From contig NC_083409.1 in NCBI RefSeq assembly GCF_020745735.1, forward strand, positions 96,740,048 to 96,804,047: a stretch of 64,000 nucleotides of DNA, read 5' to 3'. A program made the position numbers and the translations under genes. Every line of letters begins with the position of its first letter. The stretch's first letter is position 1. This document shows, one piece after another, positions 48,561-60,900 of this stretch. The DNA is from Hemiscyllium ocellatum (Eukaryota). The notes below the pieces were generated by a model, which did not search any database, was not told where the DNA came from, and saw only the letters and a program-made list of their open reading frames with translations.

Positions 48561-49686
48561 CAGTTTGTTACTTTGCTTCATGTTAATATGTGAATTGGAG
48601 TAACGGGGCAAGTTAAGTCTGAATCAAGATTACTGTGCATTTATATGAATGCATGGAGTGTGATTAATTAAGATTGAGAACTAACCGACACAGTTTGCCG
48701 TGTGGAAATATGATGCCATGGTAATAACAGAAGTCTGGTTCAAGGAATGTCTGGACTGAGTGTTAAATATTCTGCAGTACTCGGTGTTCAGAAAAGCAAA
48801 CAAAAGGAGGAAAGGAGAAGGGGTGACAGTATTAGTTAGGGACAGCATTGCACTACTGGAGAGAAAACATTTCCCAGTGGATTCATGACCAGAATCAATT
48901 CAGCTGAAGCTAAGGAACAAAAGACCATAAGACCTGGGAGTGGAAGTAAGGCCATTCGGCTCATCGACTCCACTCCACCATTCAATCATGACTGATGGGC
49001 ATTTCAACTCCACTTACCCGCATTCTCCCCATAGCCCTTAATTCCTCGAGACAACAAGAATCTATCAATCTCTGCCTTGAAGACATTTTCCTGAGGTGTG
49101 GGGACCAAAACTGGACACAGTACTCCAAATGGGGCCTAACCAGAGCACCATAGTGCAATGGAGTGCAATAATATTGTATAGTGTAGCCTATAGGCCACCA
49201 GTTGGTGGGAAGAATGAAGATCAAATCTTGAGGGAAATTAGAAGGAGATGCAAACATCATGAAATAGGGATAATTGACTTTAATTTTTTTCAGTGTTCAC
49301 TGGAATATTGATTTGTGTAAGGGGCAGAGACAGCAAGATTGTGTTCAGAAGAATTTCTGACAGCTGTATGTGTCTAGTTCAACAAAGAAAGATACACAGT
49401 TGGACCTGGATTTTGGAAATAAGTTGGACCAAGTAGATCAAGTATCGGTGGAAAATATTTAGGAGACAGTGATCATTATATCTAAAGGTTTGGGACAATG
49501 GTCAATCAGAGTGAGAAAAATCAACTGGTCAAGAGTGGACCTTCGATGAAACAAAACCAGCTGGGTTGGATAGACTGGAATGACAGGTTGGTGGGAATGG
49601 GTTACCTTTAAAGAGAAAATGGGTTTGAATACAATAGAAGTATGTGCCCTCATATGGGAAAGGCAGAAAAAAAAACAAATCTAGAG

Positions 49687-49740
49687 TTGTTTCTAGAACC
49701 AGAACCTCAAACTGAGCTACAAATCTTCTCAAAACATACT
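49687..49740 (+). mobile_element. 54-bp family C micro-cassette with 10-bp TSD
   Basis: Tail gagctacaaatcttctc; direct repeat AAATCTAGAG at 49677-49686 and 49741-49750. Confidence 0.7.
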
Positions 49741-50265
49741 AAATCTAGAGCTCTTTGAATGACGCAGAAGATAGAAATAAAGAGAAAAAAGAGCAAGTCT
49801 ACATCTGGGAAGCCAGGGAGGAGATTGCTGAGCCTTTGGCTTTGATCTTTGTCATCTTCATGTCGACAGGAATAATACCAGAATACTGGAGGATAGCAAA
49901 TGTTTCTCTCTCCAAGAAGAGGAGTAGAGACAACCCTGGTAATTATGGACCAGTGAGCCTTGCTTCAGTTGTGGGTGAAGTGTTGGCAAAGTTTATAAGA
50001 GAGAGGATTTATAATTATCTAGAAAAGAAAAAGTTGATTAGGGATAGTCAACACTGTTTTGTGAAAAGTAGGTCATGCCTCTCAAACCTTATTGAGTTCT
50101 TTGAGTTGTGGATAGGGAATAAGGATGTTGTAGGTTACAGAAGATTAGATAAGCTGCAGAGCTGGGCTGAGAGGTAGCAAATAGAATTTAATTCTGAAAA
50201 GTGTGAGGTGATTCACTTTGGAAGAAGTAACAGGAATGCAGAGTAAGATTCTTTGTGGTGTAGGT

Positions 50266-50457
50266 GCAAGTGAGGACTGCAACTGCTGGAGATCGAGTCT
50301 AGATTAGAGTGGTACTGGAAAAGCAAGTGGGTCAGGCAGCATCCAAGGAACAGGAAACTTGACGTTTCTGGTAGAAGTCCTTCATCAGGGCTGATGAAGG
50401 GCTTTTGCCAGAAGTGTCAATTTTTCCTGCTCCTTGGATGCTCCCTGACCATCTCCG
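50266..50457. mobile_element. Family A fold-back cassette with head-to-head hammerhead cores
   Basis: Minus core 50361-50388 and plus core 50391-50418, separated by a 2-nt apex; arms extend to ~50329 and ~50450. Confidence 0.85.
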
Positions 50458-51898
50458 GTAGTGTAGATAAGCAGAGAGATCTTTGTGTCCAGGTACATAG
50501 ATCCTTAAAAGTTGCCACCCAGGTTGATAGGGTTATTAAGAAGGCATATATGTCTTAGTTTTTGTTGGTAGAGGATGGAGTTTCAGAACAATGAGGTCAT
50601 GCAGCAGCTGTATAAAACTCTGCAGCCACATTTGGAGTATTACGTACAGTTCTGGTCACCGCATTATAGGAAGGACGTGGAAGCTTTGGAAAGGGTTCAG
50701 AGGAGATTTACTGGGATGTTGTCTGGTATGGAGGGAAGGTCTTATGATGAAAGGCTGAGGGACCTGGAGCTGTTTTTGTTAGAGAGAAGAAGGTTGAGAG
50801 GTGACTTAACTGAGGCATATAAGATAATCAGAGGGTTAGATATGTTGAACAGTGAGAGCCTTTTCTCCCAGATGGTGATGGCTAGTACAAGGGAACATAG
50901 CCTTAAATTGAGGAGTGATAGATATAGGATGGATGTCAGAGGTAGTTTGTTTACTCAGTAGTAAGGGCATGGAACGCACTGCCTGCAACTGTAGTAGACT
51001 CGCCAACTTTAAGGGCATTTAAATGGTCATTGGATAGGCACAATGAATAGTGAACTGGAATAGTGTAGGTTAGATGAGCTTCAGATTGGTTCCACAGGTC
51101 GGCGCAACATTGATGGCCAACAGGCCTGTACTACACTGTAACGTTCTGTATTCTATGACAGGTGTTAGGTAGGAAGTGCAACGGAGAACGAAGGAATATA
51201 GAAGGACCATAAAGGAGAAATTGTAAAAGATCAGCTGATCCTCAGCCATGTAAAGTTAATTATTAAAAAATTAAGATTACATAAAAGATGCACCTTGAAA
51301 TTTTATGATTATAGTATCGCAAAGTTCATTGTAACCAACTGAGTACATTTTAAAGTATAGTTATTTGATGTGGTAAAGATTATCAGAGAAAATGTCAATT
51401 ACAGATTGTTGAAATTTTAGCAGACCTGGTGTTAATATTTGTTATGGAGGGAGATGGTAGCTAGGGGGACAGCAGTAGTACAATTTTTGAATAATCAGAA
51501 ACAATGGAAGAAACATAATGTTTCCTAAAGCATGGTAAAAAGATGATATTAATAATAGTGTGATTATACACAGAATGATTTGCTGGAGAAAATGATTTTT
51601 CCTTGAGATCTGCAAACCCATCTGATTCACAAATGTGCCTGAGGGAAAGAAATCTGCAGTCTGGTCTGGCTAACCATGATTCTATTTAATGGCAGGTTTG
51701 AAAGGCAAATGTCCTATTTCTTACAGTCTTACGTGCTACACTCAGTATACATTAAGGTGGTTGACTCTAAAATAGCCCAGCAAAGGGAAATTAAGGCTGG
51801 TCTTGCCATTTTTTATCTAGTGTGTGTAAAATTGAGAATCTCCTTTTTTGTGAATACACTTCTGAAAGAATCTTAGTCTTCTGCTATTTCTCTTCTAG

Positions 51899-52042
<144 letters not shown>

Positions 52043-52696
52043 TAAAGATTGCATACTGCTAATTTTTTAAATATTTTAAGGAATGTATTGCAAATACAAC
52101 GTATTGGAGCAATAAGGTCATGTTAGTTGACTGCATCATGTTTTAGCATTATGGAAGATGGTTGTTTAACTGGGTGTCAAGACCTGGACTGTAGAACACT
52201 TTTTTTACATTTAATTTGTCTTTTACTTTATTATTATACACAATGACAATTTTACATGTACAACAAAAACATTAAAGCAAAAAGAGTCATTGCTATTGCT
52301 GTAATGTTTCAAATCACATGATTTTTCCTGTGAAATCTGAACTTTTAATTCATGATTTACTGTCAGATTCAGCAAACTGTACAGTATCATACAAACTTAA
52401 ACTCTAAGACATGGACTTTGAATGTTATCAAAAATTCACATCTTTGTTACTCTGTCACTAAACATGGCCATTTTAGCTCTTGGCTCTGCTTTAAATGCAA
52501 ACAAGTTTAAATTTGAATGTTGTTTTACTCACATTACTTAGATGTGCGAGCAATTCCAGCAGATCAGAAATATGATCAATTATTACCTAAACATTGCAAT
52601 CATTTTTCTTGTCTATTATGTTGTATTTAGTCTTGATTACTGAAGGGCAGGCTGTTGAAGAATGTGTACCTGTGTTAGAGAAAGTACTCCTCCGTC

Positions 52697-52810
52697 AGTT
52701 AAAAATCACACAACATCAGGTTATAGTCTAACAGGACTATTGAGCTATAACCTGGTGTTGAGAGATTTTTAACTTTGTCCACCCCAGTTCAACACTGGCA
52801 CCTCCATATC
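52697..52810. mobile_element. Family B short fold-back cassette
   Basis: agttaaaaatcacacaacatcaggttatag pairs with ctataacctggtgttgagagatttttaact; tail ttgtccaccccagttcaacactggcacctcc. Confidence 0.78.
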
Positions 52811-52846
52811 CTCCACTCAAGACAGCTGCTGACTTCTCAGGCTATA

Positions 52847-52977
52847 CAGTAAAAACCTTGATTATCTGAACAAGATCTCAAGGTCCCAATGCTTGAGTAA
52901 ACTGTGTTATCCGAACATTCGATTGTCTGAACAAAATATTGCTCGCCCGAGTCGATCGGACAATGGAGATTGCCCTG
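52847..52977. mobile_element. Tigger-like MITE (same family as 18536, opposite orientation)
   Basis: TA-CAG...CTG-TA termini; internal caagatctcaaggtcccaatgctt is the reverse complement of copy 1. Confidence 0.75.
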
Positions 52978-53542
52978 TATTGAGAATTCAGAGCTAGAGG
53001 TATGCCACAATGCCATCTGCTGGCCTTGTCGCTCCATGTATCAACCTGAACAGAACCATGATTTAGATCCTGGAGTTTGAAATTATTGGCTATTCATAGA
53101 TCAGGGAGATCATTGATCAAAAGTGCCAGTATTCCATGGAAGAAAGATTTTACAAAATGTGGTAATTTTGAAACCATGTTCTCTTCTATGTAGTTGGGTT
53201 ACTTTTGGTCCAAGGAATGGTTTTCAGTATACTGATCTCCAGTGGATTTTGGAAGCGACCTCAGGACATCTGCATTTGTTTGTGTCTGAATAAATGGTTG
53301 AGATTGTGGACTTTGCGTCAAGGAGTGCAGTAGTAAACTTACACACAGCTTTGTTGTTTGATTTTCTCCCCTCGCTGACTTTTAAAATATTGACCAGATT
53401 GTGATTTTATTTTGTTTCTAACTTAAATTTTCAACACTTCTACTTGGTGGGAAAATGCCTGTTAGGGATGGATTTTTTTTTTTATCGATTTTAGTGCATC
53501 ATGCATACCTCTTTTTGCATCATGGACACATTTGCATGCTAG

Positions 53543-53672
53543 GAGGAAGTGAGGACTGCAGATGCTAGAGATCAGAGTCAAAAAGTGTGGTGCTGGAAAA
53601 GCACAGCAGGTCAGGCAGCATCCGAGGAGCAGGAGAGTCTGTATTTCGAGCATCAACTCTTCGTCTGGAATG
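53543..53672 (-). mobile_element. Family A solo pLTR tail with degenerate hammerhead
   Basis: gtgaggactgcagatgct...gcacagcaggtcaggcagcatccgaggagcagg...tttcgagc. Confidence 0.8.
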
Positions 53673-53714
53673 TCACCAAATCTTCATCCACCTTTGCATA
53701 CGACTTTTACTTCA

Positions 53715-54053
53715 TCGAGTCCCCACTGTGTGGAGGCAGCCCATCGCATCCACACCAACCCTACAAAGAGCATCCCACCTAGAACCACCTCCCTACCCTA
53801 TCCCTGTAATCCTTCATTTCCCATGGTCAATCCACCTAATCTACACACCCCTGAACACTACAGACAATTTAGCATGGCCAACCCACCTGACCTGCACATC
53901 TTTGGACTGAGAGAGGAAACTGGAGCACCTGGAGGAAACCCACGCAGACACGGGATGTATGTGCAAATTCCACACAGACTGTCACCTGAGGGTGGAGCCG
54001 AACCAGTGTGTCTGGTTTTTGAGGCAGCAGTGCTAAGCCCTGAGCCACCATGC
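53715..54053 (-). mobile_element. HE1-type V-SINE
   Basis: Full V-domain and tRNA head on the minus strand. Confidence 0.88.
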
Positions 54054-54444
54054 CTTCTGCGTTTTAAATCCACTTGACTCTCTGAGGAGCCTATGTACAA
54101 GCAGAAAATAAGAGTAGGAGGGAGCAAAGGAGTGGGAAGGGAGTGAAGAGCTAAAGATAGACGCAAACACAATGGAGTGAGGAGGACAGAAGAGGGAAGC
54201 AGCAAGGGGGATAGAGTGTAAGAAACATTACATGGGATGGAGCGAGGGGTTTCAGAGAGCTGGTGAATGAGAAGCAACATGTGAGAGGTAAGTGATAAAC
54301 CAGATAGTTTCGAGGCAACCAATAAGTTTTTAATTTAAGAGGTTAAAGGCCAGGAACATTACTCTATGTGCACTGGAGGTGTTGGTATTCGACTGGGATG
54401 GACAAAGTTAAAAATAACACAACACCAGGTTTATTTGAAAGAAC

Positions 54445-54473
54445 AAGCTTTCGGAGTGCTGCTCCTTCGTCAG
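54445..54473 (-). ncRNA. Minimal hammerhead ribozyme (family B)
   Basis: Minus strand reads CTGACGA-A-GGAG-cagca-CTCC-GAAA-GC-TT. Confidence 0.75.
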
Positions 54474-54512
54474 TTAGTTAGTGGAGCTGGATCATTGAAC
54501 ACAGAATTTATA

Positions 54513-54809
54513 GGCACAGTGGCTCAGTGGTTAGCACTGCTACCTCACAGCGCTGGGAGCCTGGGTTCGATTCCAGCCTCTGGCAACTGTCTGCGTGGAG
54601 TTTGCGCATTCTCCCAGTGTCTGCATGGGTTTCCTCCGGATGCTCCGGTTTCCTCCCACAGTCCAATGCTAAATTACCCATAGTGATAGGTGCATTAGTA
54701 GGGAGTAGGGGAATGGGTCTGGGTGGGTTACTCTTTGGAGGGTCGGTGTGGAGTAGTTGGGCCAAAGGGCCTGTTTCCGCACTGTAGGGAATCTAATCTA
54801 ATCTAATCT
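54513..54809 (+). mobile_element. HE1-type V-SINE, full length
   Basis: A box tggctcagtgg, B box ggttcgattcc, V-domain, (AATCT)n tail. Confidence 0.92.
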
Positions 54810-55090
54810 AGCAAAAGGTCATAGTGTCATACAACTGATGCAATATATTGAACAAACCTAGATTGCTGTTAAGTCTTTCATCTTTTAGAATGGGTTGCAA
54901 GTTTTGATTCATTAATATGCAAGTCCCAGGACTTCTTTCAAGTCACATTCCTGAGATAACTTCAGGCTTTTTAAAAAAAAGTGACATTCCAGCTCCGACA
55001 AAGCAGACACTACAACAGTCGCCAAACAGGGATGTTCCCTCCCAGTCAGGGAACCCTTCAGTGGTCCAGGACATTTGGCCTCAGATTAGT

Positions 55091-55401
55091 GGGTGGCACA
55101 GTGGTTAGCACTGCTGCCTCACAGCGCCAGAGACCCGGGTTCAATTCCCGCCTCAGGCAACTGACTGTGTGGAGTTGGCACGTTCTCCCCGTGTCTGCGT
55201 GGGTTTCCTCCGGGTGCTCCGGTTTCCTCCCACTGTCCAAAGTCCAAAGATGTGCGGGTCAGGTGAATTGGCCATGCTAAATTGCCCGCAGTGTTAGGTA
55301 AGGGGTAAATGTAGGGGTATGGGTGGGTTGCGCTTCGGCGGGTCGGTGTGGACTTGTTGGGTCGAAGGGCCTGTTTCCATACTGTAACTAATCTAATCTA
55401 A
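55091..55401 (+). mobile_element. HE1-type V-SINE, young CpG-rich copy
   Basis: ggttcaattcc B box, gtctgcgtgggtttcctccgggtgctccggtttcctcccac, (AATCT)n tail. Confidence 0.92.
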
Positions 55402-55599
55402 ATCTTCAGGTGACTGTCCTCTAAGGTGGATTTTGGGTTATGCAATACCGCAGTGGATGAGCAGAGGCTGATAGTCAAGTTCGGTACCCATGGGGATGGC
55501 CTCAACTGGGACCTTGGGTTCATGTCGCACTACAGATGACCCCCCAATACACTGTAGACTCTTTCACATGCTCTTACATACTCATGCAGACTCCCTGAC

Positions 55600-55860
55600 G
55601 TGCTATCTCTCACTCTCTCATGCTGTCTTTCTCTCTGGCGCGCGCACTCACACACTCACACACTCTCTCTCTCTCTCACCCATGCGCACATCTTCTCTCA
55701 CGCATATACTCCATCACAATCTCACACACTCTATCACTCATGCACGCATGTGCACTCTCCCAACCCATCTCTGCCCCCTCACCCATCTTTCACTCTGTCT
55801 CTTCTCCACCCCCCCCCACCTCTTTTTACCCGCTCTCTTCTTCTCCCCCTCTCTCGACCT
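55600..55860 (+). repeat. (CA)/(CT) low-complexity tract within the PLE
   Basis: ctcacacactcacacactctctctctctctc and similar runs. Confidence 0.8.
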
Positions 55861-56104
55861 GTAGCTGTAGATACATTCTATTTTGTTCAAAAAGCACACA
55901 TTCTGTAGGCAATCCGTGTGGTACTTCATAAACTCCTTTGGAAATAGAACTAGTCTGACTCATGACTGGGATGGAGACAGACTGTAACCTCCCCTTTAAT
56001 GCAGTGTCTGAGCTGAGGTGTCACCATTTTTTAGTAAAACCTTAAGTTATCTCAAGAATGTGACTTGAAAGAAGTTCTGGGAGTTATGTATAAATTAATG
56101 AAAT

Positions 56105-56334
56105 GGGAGAAAGTGAGGACTGTAGGTGCTGGAGATAAGAGTCTAAAAGTGTGTTGCTGGAAAAGCACAGCCAGTCAGGCAGCATCTGAGGAGCAGGAGA
56201 GTTGACATTTAGAGTATAAGCTATTCCTCAGGAAGGTCATGATGAAGAGCTTATGCTCGAAATGTCAACTATCCTACTCCTCAGTTGCTGCCTGACTGGC
56301 TGTGCTTTTCCAGCAACACACTTTTGGACTCTGA
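56105..56334. mobile_element. Family A fold-back cassette nested in the family B arm
   Basis: Arms ~56138-56230 and ~56240-56332; plus core (A)TGATGA-A-GAGC-ttat-GCTC-GAAA-TG-TC. Confidence 0.87.
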
Positions 56335-56479
56335 CACGAATGAATCAAACCTGCAACCCAGTTTAAAAAATGAAAGACTTAACAGCAACATAGATTTATT
56401 CAATATATTGCATCAGATGTATGACTCTCTGATCTTTTGTTATAAATCCTGTGTCCTATGACACTGCCCCATTAGCTAC

Positions 56480-56508
56480 CTGATGAAGGAAAAGCACTCC
56501 GAAAGCTT
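56480..56508 (+). ncRNA. Minimal hammerhead ribozyme, intact core (family B)
   Basis: tac-CTGATGA-A-GGA-aaagcac-TCC-GAAA-GC-TT-gta; 3-bp helix I; AAGCTT palindrome. Confidence 0.75.
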
Positions 56509-56734
56509 GTACTTCCAAATAAACCTGTTGGACTATAACACCTGGTGTTGTGATTTTTATCTTCGTCCACTCTTAGCATGTGCTTTCTTGTAAGAGTTTC
56601 TTTTAAAGAACATGTTAGGAGCGCCAAACAAAGGATGATGCCAATCTCTAGTCATAATGACAAAAATTTGATAGAAATGGAAAATAGTTCAGATCAGTGA
56701 CAGTTAATTTACACATTGTGTATGTTTGAAGGTA

Positions 56735-56869
56735 CAAGTCATTCTGCTATAATGTGAACTTTCTACTGAACGGGTACAGCGATTTTCTAGCGTGAGTTTT
56801 CATAGTGCGATATTATTCAGCGTGAGATTGCAGAGGAACACAACTGTCGCGTTATAGCAGAACCACCCG
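56735..56869. mobile_element. Second Tc1/pogo-type MITE
   Basis: Inverted termini containing ttctgctataa and ttatagcagaa, with TA flanks. Confidence 0.65.
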
Positions 56870-57351
56870 TAAGATGATGGTCATGGGCACTCCTTTAAAA
56901 CAGATGAGGCAACAGTTTTCTGAGGGCGCTGAGCCTTTAGAATGCCCTTCCTTAAAAGGCAATGGAAGCAGAAACTTTAAATATTTTTAATGCAGAGATA
57001 AATAGGTCCTTGATTACCAAACAGATGAAAGAGATGCAGGAATGTAAAGTTGAAGTTGAAATCCAATTCACTCTGATCTTGTTGAAAGGTAGAGCAGGCT
57101 TGAAGAAGACCGTGGCGGCTTCTTGTTTCTTGCTCGTATGTTAGTTTTTATCAACAACATATTGATTGTATTGAGTAAGTTAATGAGCTATGATCCAATT
57201 AAGTCTATCGTATTCAGTTGTTCCTGCACATTTTTAAGTAATTGACAACACATTAGCACAAGTAGAAAAGCAAGTTCCCTTGTTCCTTTTATCTGGGAGG
57301 AAGAGCTTTTGCAAAAGGACATCTAAAAAATAGTGAAAATTAATTTCATTA

Positions 57352-57661
57352 AAGATACCCTACAGTGTGAAATCAGGCCCTTTGGCCCAACAAGCCCACA
57401 CCAACCCTCCGAAGAGTAACTCACCCAGATACATTTCCCTCTGACTAATGTACCTAACACTATGGGCAATTTAGCATAGCCAATTCACCTGACCTGCACA
57501 TCTTTGGACTGTTGGAGGAAACCAGAGCACCTGGAGGAAACCCATGCAGACACAGGGAGAATGTGCAAACTCCACACAGACAGTCACCCGAGGCTGGAAT
57601 CGAACCTGGGACCCTGGTGCTGTGAGGCAGCACTGCTAACCACTTAGCCATCATGCCGCCC
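57352..57661 (-). mobile_element. HE1-type V-SINE, full length
   Basis: V-domain, ggaatcgaacc (reverse B box), gcagcactgctaaccac. Confidence 0.9.
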
Positions 57662-57959
57662 AGAGGCGAAGTGATGGGCTGTCAGAATGTTTAGATCGCT
57701 GGCAGTGGTGGGATGTGCGATTATTTGCAAAACATTTAAAAAGTAGAAATCAAAAACTATTGTATGATATAATCAAAATTTTCTAATCCGTTCACTACTT
57801 AAATATTCTATATATAAGCCAGTTGTAATTTTGAATGTAAAATAAGTTCTAAATGATTTTCCAACATTCTGAAAAATCCTTATTTATGCCAAAATACTTT
57901 CGAAACTTTATTTTTGATGTTTTGTTTAGCAACTTTGACTTTTCTATTTTATTAATCTA

Positions 57960-60900
57960 GAAATATAGAGAATAGGAACAAGAATGGGCCATTTGACCCT
58001 TCCAGCCTGCTCTATCATTCGGTATGATTGTGGTTGATCACTTAACTCCGTCCCTGTTCCCACTTTCACCCCATAGCCCTAAAAATAAACCTAACTGCTT
58101 GAAGATATACAATGTTTTGGTCTCAACCATTTTTTTGTGGCAGAGAATTCTACAGGCTCACCAATCCCTGGGTGAAGACATTTTTCCTCATCTCCATTGT
58201 AAATCGCCTACCCTGTATCCTTGGACTATGACCCCTGGTTCTGGATTATTCATTCATTAGGAATGCCTCTCCTGCATTTACCTTGTCTAATCCTATTAGG
58301 ATTTCTGAGATCTCCTCTCATTCTTCTAACCTCTCGTGGATATAGCCCTAACTGATCCAGTCTCACTTCATATGTCAGTCTTGCTATCCCAGGAATCAGT
58401 CTGGTAAATCTTTCTTGCATTCCCATCACAGTCAGAAAATCCATCCATGGAAGACCGAAACTGCACACAGTACTCCAGGTCTGGTCTAACTAAGGCCCGT
58501 TCAATTTCAGCAGTGTCCATGCTTCTGTACCCAAATGCTCTTGTTAAGAAGGCCAACATACCATTTGTTGTCTTCACCACCTGCTGCATCTGCATGCTTA
58601 CTTTCAGTGACTGCTGTATAAGGACATCACTCTTTTTACACCTCCCCTTTCCCAAACTATCGCCATTCAGATAATAATCCACATTCTTCATTTTGCTCCC
58701 AAATTGGATAACCTCACATTTGCCATGCGTTTTCTTCCTCGCTCAACTTGTCCAAATCATACTGAAGCATATCTGCGTCCTCCACAGTTCACCCTCCCAC
58801 CTAGCTTTGTGTAGCCTGCAACCTTGAAAGTATAAAATTTAGTTCATTCATCTAAATCATGAATAAATATTGTGACTTGCTGGGATCCCTGCACTCCCCC
58901 ACTGATCATTGGCTGCCACTCGCAAGCTAACTTGTTTTATTTCTACTCTCTTTCCTGTCTGTTGGCCAGTTCTCTGTTCATGCCAGTACATTTCCCCCAA
59001 TCCCACATGCTTTAATTTTACATGTTCATTTATGTGGGGACCTTAACAAATGATTTCTGAAGGTCCAAGTATACATTATCCACTGTTTCCCTGTGATTAA
59101 CTCTACTAGTTACAATCTCTCAAAATTCCAATAGATCTGTCAAGCAGGATTTCCCTGCTGGTTCTGTCACTGTTTTCCAAATTGTCTGCTATCAAACCTT
59201 TTATGAAGGACTGCAGAATTTTCCCTACTATCAGTGTGTTGTACCTGCCACACAGTGTGTTTAAATTCTTAGAATCAGCAAATGAACTGTGAGTCAACTC
59301 TTATAAACAATAATATTTGTTTATTGAACACAATTAATTAGAACAATAAAGTATACTATGAAGTAACAAGAAACACTACAGACTATTTTATCCTTTAACT
59401 TCACTTTGTATGCTCATATACCACCACACTAGAACTTAGCCAAGCTCCACATAGTGATGTCATCTTCTTCCAATGGATTTGGACATGTCTTCTCTCTGTG
59501 TTATTATAGAGTTACTGCTCCAACCTGGGTTTTGCAACGATTCTTATCCGTACAAGTTTCCAAGTCTTCGCGCCCTTTGAGGATCTGCTAATGGTTCGAT
59601 TGCCCTGATCAATCAGACCTAACCACGTGTTGGCACATTGATGGCAGGTTGGCCCCTAGGTGTCCATTATGGTAGATTCTGGATGCACATAGCCTCCTCC
59701 TAAATAAGGGTGCTAGGCACCTTCGTGACAAGTGAAAGACTCTCTCTGCTCCCAAATGTCCCAAGGGCGACTTTCCATTGTCCCATTCATGTCCAACTTC
59801 AGGTGTGTTGCAGGGTTTGCAGCTGTCCAGTTTGTTGGCAAACAACTGTGGGAAGCTGCAGCTTGTCTGGATTCTGCAGCATTTGGATTGACACAGTCAC
59901 TTTGGTCAAGGCTGGGTTCTGCTTCCCAGCATGCTTTAATCATTGTCCATCTTTTGTAACTCCATGGTAAGTTTATTATTGTTCATCATAAGTACATTAT
60001 TTTGGATGACTGATCCGGCCACAAATGTAATTCCTTGTTTTCTCTCTACCTCCTTTTTGAAATAGTGGGGGTATGTTAGCTACCCTCCATTTTCATAGGA
60101 ACTGTTCCAAAATCTATAGAATTTTGAAACATGACCTCCAATACATCCACTATTTCTAGGGCCACTTCCTGAAGTACTTTGGGATGTGGATTATCAGGCC
60201 CTGGAAATTTGTCAGCCTTTAATACCATCAATTTCCTCTACTATTTCCCTACTGATGTCCTTCATTTCCCCTCTCACTAATCCATGTGAGACATCATTTG
60301 TGTGCTCCTTTGTGTAGACAGAACCAAAATATGTATTTAATTAAAATGCTATCTTTGTTCCCCATTGTAACTTCACCTATTTCTGATTGTAAGGACCTGT
60401 GTTTATCTTCATCAGTCTTCTCTTCACACACCCATAGACGCTTCCACAATCAGTTTGTATATTCTCTGCAAGCTCACTCTTGTTCTCTGTTTTTCCTTCC
60501 TTAAATAATCTCTGTCCTCCTTTGCTAGAATCTAACCTGCTCCGAATCCTTGAATTTGCTGCTATTTTCTGGCTGATTTGTATGCCCCATCCTTGATCTA
60601 ATACCATCCCTAATTTCCATTCTTAGCCATAATTGGGCCACCTTCTCCATTTTACCTCTGTGCCAGACAGGAATGAAAGATTGTTGCTGTTTCTCCATGC
60701 AACCTTTAAATGTTTGCCTTTGCTGATCCACGGTCACCTCCTCAAGGAACCTTCCCCAGTTTATCATTGCCAGTTCACATCTCATACTATCATAGTTTCC
60801 TTTATTTAGATTCAGGACCTTTGTCTCAGAATCAACTATGTCACTTTTTTTTATAATTCTGTCATAGAATACTAACTGTTCCCCAAGAAGCCTCCCATGA

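Larger units (their letters stand above)
48620..51160 (+). mobile_element. Degenerate CR1 ORF2 pieces
   Basis: YMNAWS, VAYRPP, EEIAEPLALIF, NYGPVSLAS, LEYYVQFWSPHYRKDV; tail ttctgtattctatg. Confidence 0.87.
54373..56570. mobile_element. Family B Penelope element with long inverted pLTR arms and GIY-YIG C-terminus
   Basis: 54373-55000 is the reverse complement of ~56005-56570 once nested inserts are removed; the centre encodes QGCSLPV..F.GPGH..D...EQRLIVKFGTHGDGLNWDLGFMSHYR*. Confidence 0.85.

Noticed and set aside
54513-54590. tRNA-like sequence (also at 55091, 57580, 9220)
   Set aside because: These are SINE heads continuing into the V-domain and LINE tail, not tRNA genes.
59713-59943. IKACWEAEPS resembling kinase subdomain XI
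   Set aside because: Isolated short motif inside an LTR-like insert, with no other kinase motifs or exon structure.
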